A stretch of DNA of 64,000 nucleotides from Phyllobates terribilis (Eukaryota), in NCBI RefSeq assembly GCF_046119375.1, contig NW_027362767.1, positions 422,902,001 to 422,966,000 of the forward strand, in the 5' to 3' direction. The position numbers were made by a program, and so were the translations under genes. The notes under the pieces were generated by a model, which made no database searches, was not told the origin of the DNA, and saw nothing but the letters and a program-made list of their open reading frames with translations. Positions 25,130 through 38,434 of the stretch are shown here, one piece after another (position 1 is the first letter of the stretch; every line of letters starts with the position of its first letter).

Positions 25130-25326
25130 GTTAATGCGCCTGCGCAGAATATCCCAACGCTCCTGTTAAATTATCCAGCCTATGAGTGACGTGTCTCGCG
25201 GCGGTCAGCTGACCGGACCCAAGTCATGTGACAAGGAAACGTGTGCTTGTCAGTCAGTAGGTAGAGCTCGGTGCGGGATGAGCTGCCCGCCACCATAGAG
25301 GGAGGAGGACAACAAGAGAGCTCACC
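25130..25326 (+). promoter_or_regulatory. NEU1 promoter with CLEAR/M-box motif
   Basis: GTCATGTGAC at 25223-25232 (TFEB/MiTF-type), palindrome GGTCAGCTGACC at 25203-25214, and NRF1-like TGCGCCTGCGCA near 25135; CpG-rich. Confidence 0.65.
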
Positions 25327-28300
25327 ATGGAGGACCTGACAGCCGCCCGCCGCCTCTCCACAGCCCTGCTGCTCATGGCCCTGCAAAGCACGGCCACCTG
25401 CGCGGCCATCAACCAGGTAGAGACCTATCGTAAAGGGAGGGCGCAACCTAGTGTCGCAAAGAGCACCCTGCAATTGCTTACCTGGCAATTCCTGCCTGCT
25501 GTGATGGAGGATTTTTTTTCCCATTCACTATCAGCAAGCAGAGATCTTTATAAAAGACTTCAGGTATAATTGTGCTTCAACATGCCAGACAATCGCTTAT
25601 CCTGCAACTACCTAACAGCACCCATACAATCGCTGTGGTCGCCAGGAAGATGCCATTCTCCAAAATTAAGATACAATTGCTTAAATAGCAATTCCATAAT
25701 GCTTTTTACTAGGACTTTTCAGATCTCCTCTGCTCCTCCTACTGTACGGGGGTCTGTCCTCGGACCCCGTGCACGATGCGGGAGCTGAGCTGCCACTTTG
25801 CAAAAATAAGATACAATTGCTTAAATACCAGTTCCAGTTGTTGTTGTCCCTAGGATCTCCCTCCGATGGCTGAGCTTTGCATTATCGCTGCTGTCGCCAT
25901 CACTACCCGTGATTGCTATTTAGGCGATTTTCCTAGTGTTTTCTGCTTTATTTTATTGCATGTGAATGAACGGCATTAGGGCGTGCTCGACCACACCTGA
26001 GTACGGCATGTAGAAACATTGTACCACAGGCTGATATGTGAGGCAGGGGGGACACTACAACTCCCAGCATGCACAGGGCTGTGGTTTGCAGACCATTGAG
26101 GGTTAATATGCAGCGAGCTGAGCTCCCCGGATGAGGAGGTCTGTGGTCGCGGCTGTGACCGTTAGATGCAGCGATTGTCGGTCTGATCATCTGATCGATG
26201 GAGGAGCAGATAAAGCAGCGCCACCAGTTATTCCGGGAGGTGTCATTGTGCCCGCGGAACGCACAGCCGTCCTTAAAGGGGAAGTCGTGGTTAATTCCAT
26301 GATAACCCCTTATAGGGCAGTGCTTATCCTATTATATCTCTTCCCATGTGGTGCCCGTCACAGCGCCAGGCAGCTACCTGTAATAGAGAGGAGAGATAAG
26401 CGGTGCCGGACGCTGATCACCGCTTACTCCCATCACAAGGCGATGATTATACATCGTTATAGACGGATTACCTCCGGACGACCATGATGTGTATTCCAGT
26501 GGTCCGCCTGGGGCTTAAAAGGGTTGTCCAGAATTAGAAAAAATTGTCTCCTTTTATGTCAGGAACAGCGCCACCCCTGACCATGGGTTGTATCTAGTAT
26601 TGCAGCTCGGGTCCATTCACGTCATTGGGTATGAGTATCAATGCCAGACAAAACCTGTGTTCCGGGGGAGCTGCTATTTCTTAAAGAAAGCAAGTGTTTC
26701 TAATCCTGGACAACATAGTAACTTCATGCAAGTGACCACTAGAGGGCACCGCTGCACATCCAGACATGGTCACCTATAGAGGGCATTGTGTGGCTAGACT
26801 TGGGGTGACTACATTGACACTATGTCCAGCTTACATGGCAAAACTGAAGTTGCTTTTCCTTTTTTTTTTTATTTATTTTTCCCATTTCCCCCCTGTTCCC
26901 CCTAGGTGGCGCCAGTCATCTCAATGGAGCAGTTGCTGTGGGTCAGTGGCCGAGTGATCGGGGAGGTGGACACGTACCGTATTCCCTTAATCACCTACAC
27001 CCCTCAGGGGCATCTCCTTGCGTTTTCTGAAGCTCGGAAGCACTTCTCTGCTGACTGGGGGGCAAAGTTCATCGCCGTGCGGCGCTCACATGATGCAGGT
27101 AGGTGGGACACTTAAGAGAGCACAGAGGATAAATCTGTTTTCTCTTACCCATATATATGTATTATATATGGCTGTCAATATTACTTCTGATGTAAAAGCT
27201 CCATTAACCCAGCTGCTGCTAATAGTCCTGGTTCAGTGGATGTTTAGTGGTGGTGTCGCCATCTAGTGGCTAATGGGGAGCACAGCAGTAGTTAAGAGGA
27301 AGTTAAACTGAAATCTCCCCTTAAGCCTGGTTTAATGTCTTATCTGGGTAAGTTTTTAACCATTCATGCTACTTAGGGCTCGCTTTTAATCTACTGATCC
27401 CCAGTAGGGAGATCTAGCATCACACGCAGATAATTCAAACCAATGGCTGACCATGTAACGCATATATAGATGGGTCGGGTCTGGCAGACCGGACTCCACT
27501 CTTACCCTTTGTCACAAACCGATCGGAGCCACGTGCCCCTGATCCTTCCTCACAACTTCTGTGAGTTCCGGGTTTAGGATAATGTGAAGCAAGCTTATAA
27601 ATTTTTTATATTTATTTACTCAAAAGAGCGATGCTAAGTACAATATATACAAGCGGTTACGAGATATATATATATATATATTTCAGACAAATGCAGTAAT
27701 ACGATACAGTAAAATTAAAAGGAATATAACACACTTTCATCAAAGGTCTCTGGACACGGCAGGAAGGATGCTGTCATGGGTCCAGGGCGGTTCCTTGGGT
27801 CTTTCTGCACATCTGTAGCAACAGGTGATCCTCAACAGAAGACCCCCTCCTCTCTCACAGAGGGACACATTTATAAGTAACTTGGGCAGGGCAGAAAATA
27901 GGCGATTTACATGTAATCTCCTCTTCCCTTCTATCAGACATTTTATAATCCATTTCCCAGCAATATTCTCAGTGTAAGGTGCGCATGGTAATTGATCTAA
28001 CACAAGAGCTTCCCCTGACTTCAGAGATAACTCAATTAGCTATTCCTCATTGCCATGATTCAATTAGCTCCCCCATACTCTTGTCAGGAATAGGCGTTTG
28101 CGCTACAAAGGTATATATCCTAGCTGACCTGTATTCAATTCTCTCCTGGCTTGTCACCCTGGAATCGAATGGAGGCTCCCAGGGGTTGATGTATTGAAGG
28201 GAAACAAATGCTAATGTAAATACTTTGTCCTCTCTGAGGTGAGACTGCAGGCCCAGGTACCCATTGTGTTAATGCTGATTACCTGGAAGCAGCAGGAAGA

Positions 28301-31300
28301 AGGGGGGAACACATGGCCCTCCAACCCTCTGCTGACCATCCTGTATGCCAACCTCCAATACAGTGTCCTATAGCACAAGCAGAACATCTCACCTTGTACA
28401 TAGTACACATCATATTGCAGGCTGCTATCATTATGGTCTATGAAATAACTATCCCATCAATGGTGCAATATATGATGTTGTCCCTCACACCTAGCACTAT
28501 ACCTTTCTCTCATGGCATATTCCTTACATTGGTCAGCTGCTATGACAATCAATATTACTCGTTATAAACATTTGTCGTGTCACTGTGAACGCCTTCCTGG
28601 GCAATAGCATCCTTTTGGTAATTGCCTTTTGGAGCCGGCATAGTAACGTAATGGTAATTAAGTCATATCCTGACTGTGGGGAATACACCATTTCCCCTGG
28701 GGTCCTTTGAAGTCAGACAGACTAGCATTCCTGCTGAGACCTTCATCACTGGAAATATGAATTTCCAGTCCCTGGACTCGCCACACCCTTCTATGCTAAT
28801 CTATATATTGATGTGTCTGCAGGTTACACATGGGGTCCCACCGCCTTCATAGTGGATGACGGGACGACCCCGGACGGACTGAGCCTCGGCGCGGTGGTGG
28901 TGGATGACGATACGAAGAACATATTCTTGGTTTACACGTTGTGTGCCCATTACCTCCAGTGCGGAGTCTCCAGCGTCATGGTGACCAACAGCTCGGATGA
29001 CGGTATCACCTGGAGCACGCCGAGGAATCTCTCCCGAGAAATTGGCACCAAAATGTTTTCCCCCGGGCCAGGATATGGAATCCAAGTGGGTGGAGGGTCG
29101 AGTTTGTGACCAGATAAATAATTTCGTCCGCTTTGGATATTAAAGCAATTTGTTTTTCTTTGTTATACACAGAAAAAGTTTTCTCCAAAGATGGGGCGCC
29201 TGATTGTCTGCGGGCATGGGACGCTGGACGAGGACGGCATCTTTTGTCTCTTAAGTGACGATCATGGGAACAGCTGGAAGCAGGGGGGAAAGCTGGAGGG
29301 GCTGCCGTTCAAGCAACGTAAGCGGACAGGGGACTTTAGCCCGGATGAGTGTCAGGTAACGGGAATCTCGCAGCATGTGACCCACTATCCTCCGTGCTGC
29401 AGCTAACCGCCTGCTCTTCTCTCCCACACAGCCCTATGAACTCCCGGATGGCACCGTGGTCATTAACGCCCGCAACCAGTACTTCTATCACTGTCGCTGC
29501 CGAATTGTGTCCTTCTCCACCGACGGCTGTGACACGCTTCCTCTAGAAAATGTCCGCTTCGATGAGGGTCTACCGGACCCAGCGGTGGCAGCCGGTGTTT
29601 TGTACAAAGGCGGCGTCACCTACTTTGTCAACGCAGCCAACCAGTCTAAAAGTAAGACTGACAATCGGCTTGTTCTGGTAGAAGTCTGAGCTGTACAGGG
29701 GTATACGTGGGGCAGCGCCATAACTAGAAGGTGTCCGGTGCCGCAGACTTCCACACCAGGAGGTGAGCGGCGCTGATGACTACAAATCTGCACGTACCTG
29801 TCAGGACGCAAGATACCGGCCACGTACATCATCTGCACCACCATCTCCTGACTGTGCAAGCGAGCGGTACTGGACAACCTATTTAACCTCTTCATGTGGT
29901 GGCCAATTTTCATTTTTTTTCTTCTAAGAACCATAACTTTTTTTTTTTTTTCTCGTCGACATAGCTATCCATTTTATTCTGTAATGCACTAAAAACAGAA
30001 ATGGTGAAGAGGGGGAAAAAAAATAATTGTGCAGTAAAAATGATCTGAGAATGTGATTCTCCAGCTACGTACAATAACGGCGATACCGAACTTGTAGAAA
30101 AGATGCTGACATTTGTAAAAATAAAGAGAAAATTATTGTTTTTTTTTTTTTTTTTTTTTTTTTTTATCGGTAATTATTTTTCTATCAATGGAGCTTGTGT
30201 TTTTTTTTTTATTCATAACATTGTGGGGTATATATGAAGTTTTGATCTTTTTATTGCACTTTTTTTTAGGTAGGTGTGATTACCGAAAAACCCAAAATTC
30301 TAATGTTTTATTTTTAGTTGTTATTTATATAGATATTTTATTATGCATTTGTATTAAATTATTTATATAAGATTATTATTGATTAAAAATATTTTTATTC
30401 ATATAAATAGTAATCTTATATAAAAATGTTACTAAAAAATGTATAATTTTAATAATAAAAAATATATAGACTTTCACTTTTAGATTTCAATCTCCTTCAG
30501 GGTCTTGAACTTTGTTCTATATGCTGCAATACTTACAGCGTATACACCATTTTATTTTTTTATTTTTCTCCGTAAATCAATAGTCCAAATGAAAATAAAT
30601 AAGATATATTACAAAGTTTATCTTAGAGAGATCCGCTTATTTCTCCTCCTGGACTGATCCTTACTCTGTCATTTCAGTCACTACAGATGTTTCCCATTAC
30701 TGAGATAAGAGATGACAGTTGGTGCTTTTCAAATTTAATGAAGAGGGGAGGAGCCAGCGGAACACACAGACATTCTACTGCAAGTGCCATAGGAGATGAC
30801 AGTTGGTGCTCAAAGTTCTATGGCACTTGCAGTAGAATGTCTGTGTGTTCCGCTGGCTCCTCCCCTCTTCATTGAATTTGAAAAGCACCAACTGTCATCT
30901 CCTGTCTCAGTAATGGGGAAACATCTGTGTTCACTGCAGACATATTTTACCCATAGTTTGAGAATGAAAGATCAGTCCTGGAGGTGAAAGAAGCAGATTT
31001 CTCTAATAAATATTACAACGTTTCTTACTGTCATGTGTACTATTGATTTATGGGAAAAAGAAAACGAGGGAGGGCTCTTTAAGTATTGCACTACATAGTA
31101 AACATGATGGTCTCCCATGGAGGTTAGCCATAGGCTGGCTTCATAGGAGGACTGACAGCGATGAGGGGTGGAGGGAGTTGATGGGCAGTTTCCCCGTCAA
31201 GGTGTCGCTGTCAGTGATTGACATCAGCATTTAAATGGTCACTCTGGTCGCTGCTGCTTAGTGTCGCGGTAGAGAGGGGGCCATAACCCCTGCGGCTTTC

Positions 31301-31547
31301 TCCTTACACTCCTCTGTCCCTTCCTCCAGGAGTTAACCTCACCCTGCGGTGGAGCTTCGACTTCGGGGACTCTTGGGAGCAGAATTCCATGCAGGTCTGG
31401 CCCGAAGCCAGCGGCTACGCCAGCCTCACCACCCTGTCCCGTAACATCGAGGACAGCGAGAACATCTACATCATCTACGAGAAAGGAAGGAAAGACATCA
31501 CAGAGTCCATCGCTTTTGTGAAAGTCAACCTGTATGGGAACATCTGA
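25327..31547 (+). CDS. NEU1: Lysosomal sialidase-1 (neuraminidase 1), 388 aa, 6 exons
   Basis: Exons 25327-25416, 26906-27098, 28823-29085, 29173-29355, 29432-29651, 31330-31547. GT-AG; total 1167 nt. Signal-peptide-like N-terminus, YRIP motif, Asp boxes ([31 protein letters not shown]), catalytic YE (IIYEKG) and C-terminal YGNI (YxxPhi). Confidence 0.97.
26734..26750 (+). promoter_or_regulatory. CTCF-consensus motif
   Basis: GACCACTAGAGGGCACC; motif match only. Confidence 0.45.
27255..27270 (-). promoter_or_regulatory. CTCF-consensus motif
   Basis: Minus strand reads GCCACTAGATGGCGAC; motif match only. Confidence 0.5.
27510..28547. mobile_element. Possible solo LTR in NEU1 intron 2
   Basis: TGTCACA...TATGACA termini and a minus-strand AATAAA region. 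No TSD found, so this is tentative. Confidence 0.3.
30683..30927. repeat. Near-perfect palindrome (about 110-bp arms), core of a MITE in NEU1 intron 5
   Basis: 30683-30792 pairs with 30818-30927 with few mismatches. Confidence 0.88.
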
Positions 31548-33789
31548 GCCCCCGCCCAATACTGAGGCACGGACTTCACCCCCTTCTCCCCAAAAGACAT
31601 CATATCAGATGAATGGACTCATAAGACGTCTTTGTCCTCTCCACTTTTTCCTCCCACTTTAAACACTCTGCATCCAGCTGAGAATCACACATGGAGGTAT
31701 AAAGAAGGCTTCCAACTTTAGGGACCTCTCTTAACAAGCGAGAGCACCTCCGACCATAACAGCTCTTCTCTGGAGGTACCACTGATGTCTCTCCTTTATA
31801 TGAGCAATCTCTGGAGCTCCCTTTTACGTGGACAACCCCTTTAAGCTTGAAAAATAATTTTCCCCCATATTTGGTAAATTGTAGAAGATCTAAACACCAG
31901 GAATGAAAAAAAATAAATCGCAAGAACGACGCTGCCCACCCGAAAGCCACTTGTCAAACTGTTTGGGGGAGGACCCCTTTAAATGCTCACATTCTGGTCC
32001 CCTGCATATAAGATCTGGACTCTCACCGTCTTCATTCATTCTTGATGTTTCTTGGCCCTAATCGAACTAATAAGGTGAATGGACTGAGCTTTATCTGTGA
32101 TGTATAGCTGACGATCACTCTAACCTTTGGGTGTGGGATAGGATGCAGACTGCGTGTGTGAACACGGTCCTCTAAACAGTCGCTGTATAATATGCTTATA
32201 TTAAGTAACAATGGAGAAAATGTAACCGAGGTAATCAGTTTACAGATGTAGCAGAGCCGAGCTTGTCATTCAGTGCCAATTACTAAACCTGCTGCATGCT
32301 CCTGGCTCTCGGATGCCGACTGGGCTCTGCTATATCTGCAGGTTGTGTTCCATTGACTTGAATGAGTTGCAGTACCACACACATACTGTAGACAAATATA
32401 GCGCTGTCGAGCAGCCGTGTTTTTTTTTTTTTTTTTTTTTTCTTTTCTAATTCTGTACAACCAATGTGTACATGTACAGGACGTATGTTGGAGAATATTG
32501 GGCACAGATATTGGACGGATGTCTCTGAAACTAAAAAAAATCAAAACAATTTGTAGTTAATAAATTATTTTGGAATGTATTTTGTGTTTTTTATATATAT
32601 TTTTTTTATATTTGCAGCTTGGTTTAGGCTGTGGCTAGAGAGTGACTTTGGCATCGACATAGGCGAGTGATCGCTCTGCACCCCCACTAATGTAGTTTAA
32701 TGCAAGATGCAGCAACCACAACTACTTGATTGCAAAAAAAAAAAAAAAAAAAAGTGCAACTGGTTCCGACTTTTTTTTTTTTTTTTTTGCAGTTTTCTTG
32801 TTGCGATACTGACCCCATTCATCTGCATTACGTTGCGCTTTAGCACAGACAATCTTTTTATCATTTTTTCACAATCTAACCCTGACTCTAAGCAGCTTTC
32901 CAAATATTCTTGGTTTCAAATCTACCATTTTGTGTACACAGCCCCTATTCAGACTTGCCTGTCTCCATGGTTACAGACTACAAACTAACATTTTTTGTCG
33001 TCACAATTCAATTGATCTGTCCCTTACTTGGTAATCTAATGAATGTGTGCTAGCAAAGGGGGACGTGGGATGGAACTGGTTGCAAAGGTGGACGTACCCT
33101 CTAAAGCTCCTTCTTGCCCCTTTTTATCGGGGCTCTTATCCCTCAGGCTTTATTGAACATTTACTTTTTTTTCACGGACGGTTTAGTTTCCTTTTTTTAT
33201 TGTATTATTTGTTTTACTGTGATGAAAATCTGATTCCCCAACCCCAACCCTGATTTCCTGCAGGGCTACCGCTTATACATAGCTGCCAGTCTGAACAAGC
33301 AGAGCTGCAGTGTAAACAATGGAAAACGACCAACGCAGAAGGATAAATCACAGACCCAAAAGTAGGGATTTCTGTGTAACCTTACGTTTAGCGCATGCAT
33401 GCATATTAGAGAATTGCATCTATAGCAATCCCTGCTTTCCTGAGCAGTGCAGGCACGGCCAAGACAATGTCAGGTCCAGTAGTCGCGTGACTACAGCTGT
33501 CATTCTCAGCCATCATGTGGCATAAAGCAAGGACACTGCAGATGCCATCTGGGCCCGCGGCTATAGCTGCTGCACAGATGTAAGGAAAATTTACTGTTTT
33601 CTGAACAGAAAGATCATGGCTTCGGAAATTTAGTTGTAGACCTATTAAGTGTTAAAAACATTGCTTTCAACTTGCTTAAGATGAACCAATGTGTGGCAAA
33701 TGGGCCAAAAAATGTAAGCCAACCAGAGGCTGTGTAATGATAGACAAATCATTAGGCATCAGCACAAAGAGCACCCGCCGGGATCGTCA

Positions 33790-34222
33790 TGCAGCCGTAC
33801 ATCACCAAGCACAAGGCTGAGTGTTGGATGAAGTGGTGTAAAGCCGCCACCACTGGACTCTGGAGGAGACCTGTTCTGTGCAGTGATGGATCACACTTCT
33901 CTATCTGCGTCTGATGGAGGAGTCTGGGTTTGGTGATTCCAGGAAGATGTTACCCCCTGTCCCCTCCTGCTGTACAGATGGTTGAGGGGGATGATGCTAT
34001 GGGCTGTTACCAGGGTTTGGATTTGACTCCTGATGCACATGGCTGGGACAGGTTGGTGGAAGAACATGTGCGGGCTTTGTGCGGCTGCTCCTCAGCCCTA
34101 TCCAAGACCGGAGAGTGTGAGCCCGGTCTGACCCCACAAATGCCCTTTTGGATGAAAGGACAAAAATTCCCACAGACTCCTCCAAAATCTTGTAGAAGAG
34201 TGGAAGCTGTAATATCTATATA
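33790..34222 (+). mobile_element. Old, degraded Tc1 transposase fragment
   Basis: Decayed WCKA..HWT, VLxSDGS.F and VWVW segments, broken by frameshifts. A related piece lies at about 47870-47930. Confidence 0.55.
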
Positions 34223-34226
34223 TTAA

Positions 34227-34597
34227 AGAGGACCCATCACTTACCATGAATGTGTAATTTTTTTTTACCCGGTGTAAATGCCGCTGTTCTCCTGAATCCG
34301 GCGATGTTTTTCTTTTCTTCCTGCTTCTCTCCGTTCCTGAGATATGGCCGCCTCTTCCCTGTACGTATATCTGGTCTTGTTAGCCAAATGGGTGTGTTCA
34401 TGACCTCTTACCTATGGGATTCTTCTTGGCTTTAAAAAAATAGATTTATATAGAGGGAACTAGAGGCCATATCTCAGGAATGGAGAGGAGCAGAAAGAAA
34501 AGAAAAACATCGCCGGATTCAGGAGAACAGCGGCATTTACACCAGGCAAAAATAATAATGATGATAAATGATAATAAACCTTTATAGCAGGTTGTCT
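34227..34597. mobile_element. TTAA-flanked (T2/Kolobok-type) MITE upstream of ATP6V1G2
   Basis: TTAA at 34223-34226 and 34598-34601; internal inverted arms of about 75 bp (ggtgtaaatgccgctgttctcctgaatccggcgatg...). Confidence 0.7.
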
Positions 34598-35250
34598 TTA
34601 ATGAATGAATGTTCCCATAGGTGTATTGTTCAGGGGTCCCAAAACGTTTGTCCATATATTAAGTGTATGTAATTATATATAATCTATATACTCCAGTGAG
34701 ACATATGTAATGCTTCCTGTCCCCTGTGGTGGCGCTGTTGCTGCCAGGATTCTGCTGATAATGAGGAGTCATCAGTTTGTTGTGTACAGTGGACGCTAAG
34801 TTATAAGCAATCATCATATATTATTGATTTCTAATTACTGCAAAAATGTAGTAAATCTCCCAGTAATGAACGTAGAAGAATTGATGCTACCTGTGTGCAG
34901 AGGTCTTGGTGCGGGGGAGGGGGTGTGCTGCTGCTGCTGCTGCAGAGCTGTGATTGTTTCTTTCTTTCCATGTAATGTATATAAAGATGGTGGCAGCTGA
35001 GCAGCCGTAGTACCAAGATATAGAGGAAGATGCTGAGGATGGAGGGAGGGACCGCCGTGTGTATGAGAGGAGGGGAGAGGATGCTGGAGATGGCAGGAGG
35101 GGGAGGGAGAGGATGATGCTGAGGAGGAGGAGGAGGAGACGTGTGTGACTGCAGCCAGAGCAGAGGACACCGAGCAGCCGGAAAAATACACAGGTCACAA
35201 ACCGCTGGCCGGTGCATCTGTATATATTCTATATACCCCGCAGTGACGCC

Positions 35251-37923
35251 ATGACCAGTCAGTCCCAGGGCATCCAGCAACTGCTGCAGGCCGAGAAGAG
35301 AGCGGCCGAGAGGGTGTCAGAGGCCAGGAAACGTAAGATTATNNNNNNNNNNNNNNNNNNNNNNNNNNNNNNNNNNNNNNNNNNNNNNNNNNNNNNNNNN
35401 NNNNNNNNNNNNNNNNNNNNNNNNNNNNNNNNNNNNNNNNNNNNNNNNNNNNNNNNNNNNNNNNNNNNNNNNNNNNNNNNNNNNNNNNNNNNNNNNNNNN
35501 NNNNNNNNNNNNNNNNNNNNNNNNNNNNNNNNNNNNNNNNNNNNNNNNNNNNNNNNNNNNNNNNNNNNNNNNNNNNNNNNNTCCCTTGACCTCCTCCATG
35601 AACTCCCAGGTCAGGAGGTCTATTATTGCTGACCAGTTATCTTATCACTAGATGCCCCCCACTACCCGTTCGCCCTTTATTTATGGGCAGCTAATATTTA
35701 TATTCTATGCTGCATTTTGATTTGAAGCCATTGGGTGTAATGTTTTGCTCCTTTCCTATAGGTAAGGCCCGGAGACTGAAACAAGCCAAGGAGGAGGCCC
35801 AGGGAGAGATCGAGCAATATCGGATAGAAAGAGAGCGGGAATTCCAGAGCCAGCAGCGCACCGTACGTAGACGGCGGGTATTATTCACTAGTTGGCGGTA
35901 GTATGTTCAGTGCATGGCGATATAGTGATAGAAGTCAGCGTCGAATGATCACGCTAAAAAAAAACAACTGCAAATTGAAAGCAGTAATCGGAGGCCGATC
36001 CTTGGATTTTGGCCCTGGATTTTCCATCAGATGTGGCATTCAATGGGTTAAACCACATGTGGCTCCCAATAATCGTCACTTATTTTTTAATTTCGATTTT
36101 TGGTGGGAAACAATGAATGTTTACTTTATATCATAAGTCAATGTTTACATTTGGAGAAAAATTTTGTTCAATTTACCAATTTAGTTGCAATTTTTGTACA
36201 TCAATATCGGAGATCTGTGGCTTTTTGTTTGGTGAAATTGTGACTTTGTGTTGGACATATGTAAATATTTACTACTTTATGTAACATTGCCCTAACCTTC
36301 GCTCTTACCCTATTAGGATTAGGGCTATATAGGGTTAGAAAAACAAAAAATAGAATAAAAAATAAATATATCTTTTACCCGTGGGTATACTACTATTATG
36401 GTATATTTTGTACCATATTTTTTGGAGCAAATTCAGTGATAAATCTCCTCCATTACTTTTTGACTGCAGCATTAAAGGGGTATTCCCATCTCCAATATCC
36501 TACCTATCCCACTATGTACTAGGTATAATAATCGCAAATAGCAAGGAAAATGTGACAACTAAATGTCACAGAGGGGAAAAAAAAAGTTTCCCAGAATTTT
36601 ACAAAAGCTTCCCTAGAGCATTAATGGGGTATTCCCATCACCAAGATCCTATCCCAATATGTAGTAGGTGTAATAATGATAATAATAGCAAATACACTAC
36701 AATTGGAAATGTAGTATAGTTCTTCTGATTAGCTATGTCACTACATTTCTAATTGAAGGTATTTGCTAATATTATTATTATTACACCTACTACATATTGG
36801 GATAGGATCTTGGAGATGGGAATAACCCTTTAAGTGCTAGAATTAACTTAATCATCAATGGTTACCCTTAACAAAATCTCTATCTATACATCACCAGTTC
36901 CTCTTTGTCAGTAATCACATGTTAGCAAAGAGGGGAAAGTTCAAGTTCCCCAACTTTTCAGTATGGGAGGCCAATAAATGCCATGTTCGTCACGGCAAGG
37001 GGCAGTAAGGTGAATTAATCAACTACAGAAGGAAGGCCCCCTTTATTTTAGGGTATTACTTACCTCCTCTCTTTTTGTAAAAAACGTAAAGAATTTGATT
37101 TATCATTTGCGATTTATTAAAGTTTCTTTTTTTTTTACCTTGTCGTAATTTTTTTTTGGGCTCCAAATTCTTCAAAACGGCACACGCGGTTCATGAATTT
37201 GGCGCAAAGTCAAAAAAAAGTATTTTATTTTTCTTTACTTTAATCATTTTTTTTCATCCTTTTAAAAAAAAGGTCTCACTTTTGTCTTAAAACGCGTCAC
37301 ACTAACAACTCCGCCAGAAATCTTACTCCCCGTGAGGTGTGCCAAAAAAAAAAATATTATGACATTTGCTAAAAGTGTAAGTTCATCAAAATGTATAAAA
37401 ATCTAGATAAGTAAAGTTGTTGGAGGAAATAAAAAAATACATAAAAAAAAAAGAAAGATAAATTTAAAAAAAAAATAGCGCAAAATTTATAGAGAATAAA
37501 ATTGCTCCAGAAAAGTGGAGAAATGTCAGTTTGAAGCTTGTAGACCCCAATGCAAAATCTCCAACAAGGGCCCCGCGGGTGTCCGGGGGTGACTGCACCT
37601 TGCACCCACTATCCGCTGGCCCCGAACTCCTGACGTTGCCACGAAACCAGGGTCCTGCACTGTAATAAGGAGGGGGGGTATTTTGATTTTTGGTCGGGTC
37701 TCTCCTTTGTATCTTATATGTGTTCTGATTGGCTTCTTGCACACAGGCTTTGGGCACCCAGGGTGACCTGTCCTCTGAGATTGAGGCCCGAACCCGGCAT
37801 ACGCTCCAGATGGTGCAGAGCAGCCATGGGAAGAATAAAGAGGCCGTGCTGAGGAGGCTACTGAGCCTCGTGTGCGACGTGAAACCCGAACTGCACCCCA
37901 ACTACCGCTTCACCAACTACTGA
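35251..37923 (+). CDS. ATP6V1G2: V-type proton ATPase subunit G2, 119 aa, 3 exons
   Basis: Exons 35251-35332 (82 nt), 35762-35862 (101 nt), 37747-37923; begins MTSQSQGIQQLLQAEKRAAE. KARRLKQ, CDVKPELHPNYR and the MHC class III context favour G2 over G1 or G3. Confidence 0.92.
35343..35581. other. Assembly gap (239 N) in ATP6V1G2 intron 1
   Basis: Run of N. Confidence 1.
36625..36829. mobile_element. T2/Kolobok-type MITE in ATP6V1G2 intron 2, with a partial copy at about 36475-36550
   Basis: TTAA flanks; long TIRs gggtattcccatc..caagatcctatcccaatatgtagtaggtgtaataat. Confidence 0.8.
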
Positions 37924-38434
37924 GCGCCCCGCCGGTGCCCCCTGTGCCCGTGTGTATGTGGAGTGCAAGTGTCCATGTTGTGTACAGCAGGAGGCGCTCG
38001 GCGCCCACGCGGCTGCAGTCTCAGTAGACCTCACATATCCCAGGGGAAGATTTTGAGAAGAAGCCCCCTTCCCTCCGGCCGCTGCTGTATCTTTACCCAT
38101 ATTCCTCTATGTTATCTAATTCAGAAACAATAAAGGCACAACTTGTCATGTAAACCTCTCCTGCGCTCCATGCCCATGACATAGAACCAGAGACCCCACT
38201 TGTATCTAATAATCTCACTGCTGAGGGTTTGTTTCAGTTGCATGCAGACTAGACAACCCCTGTAAGATTTATCAGCCTGAGACGTCTTAAAGGGGTTGAC
38301 CCAAGTTTGTAAGTTATCCCCTCTCCAGTAATGTAACTAGAGTCCAGTGGGTCACGGTGCGAGATTTGGACCGGCCCTCCCCATCTTGGTATAGGTATAT
38401 GTATATGTCCCTCATTTTGATATATATATATATA

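Noticed and set aside
35212-35599. ORFs running through X residues
   Set aside because: Artefact of the N gap. Only 35251-35332 is coding.
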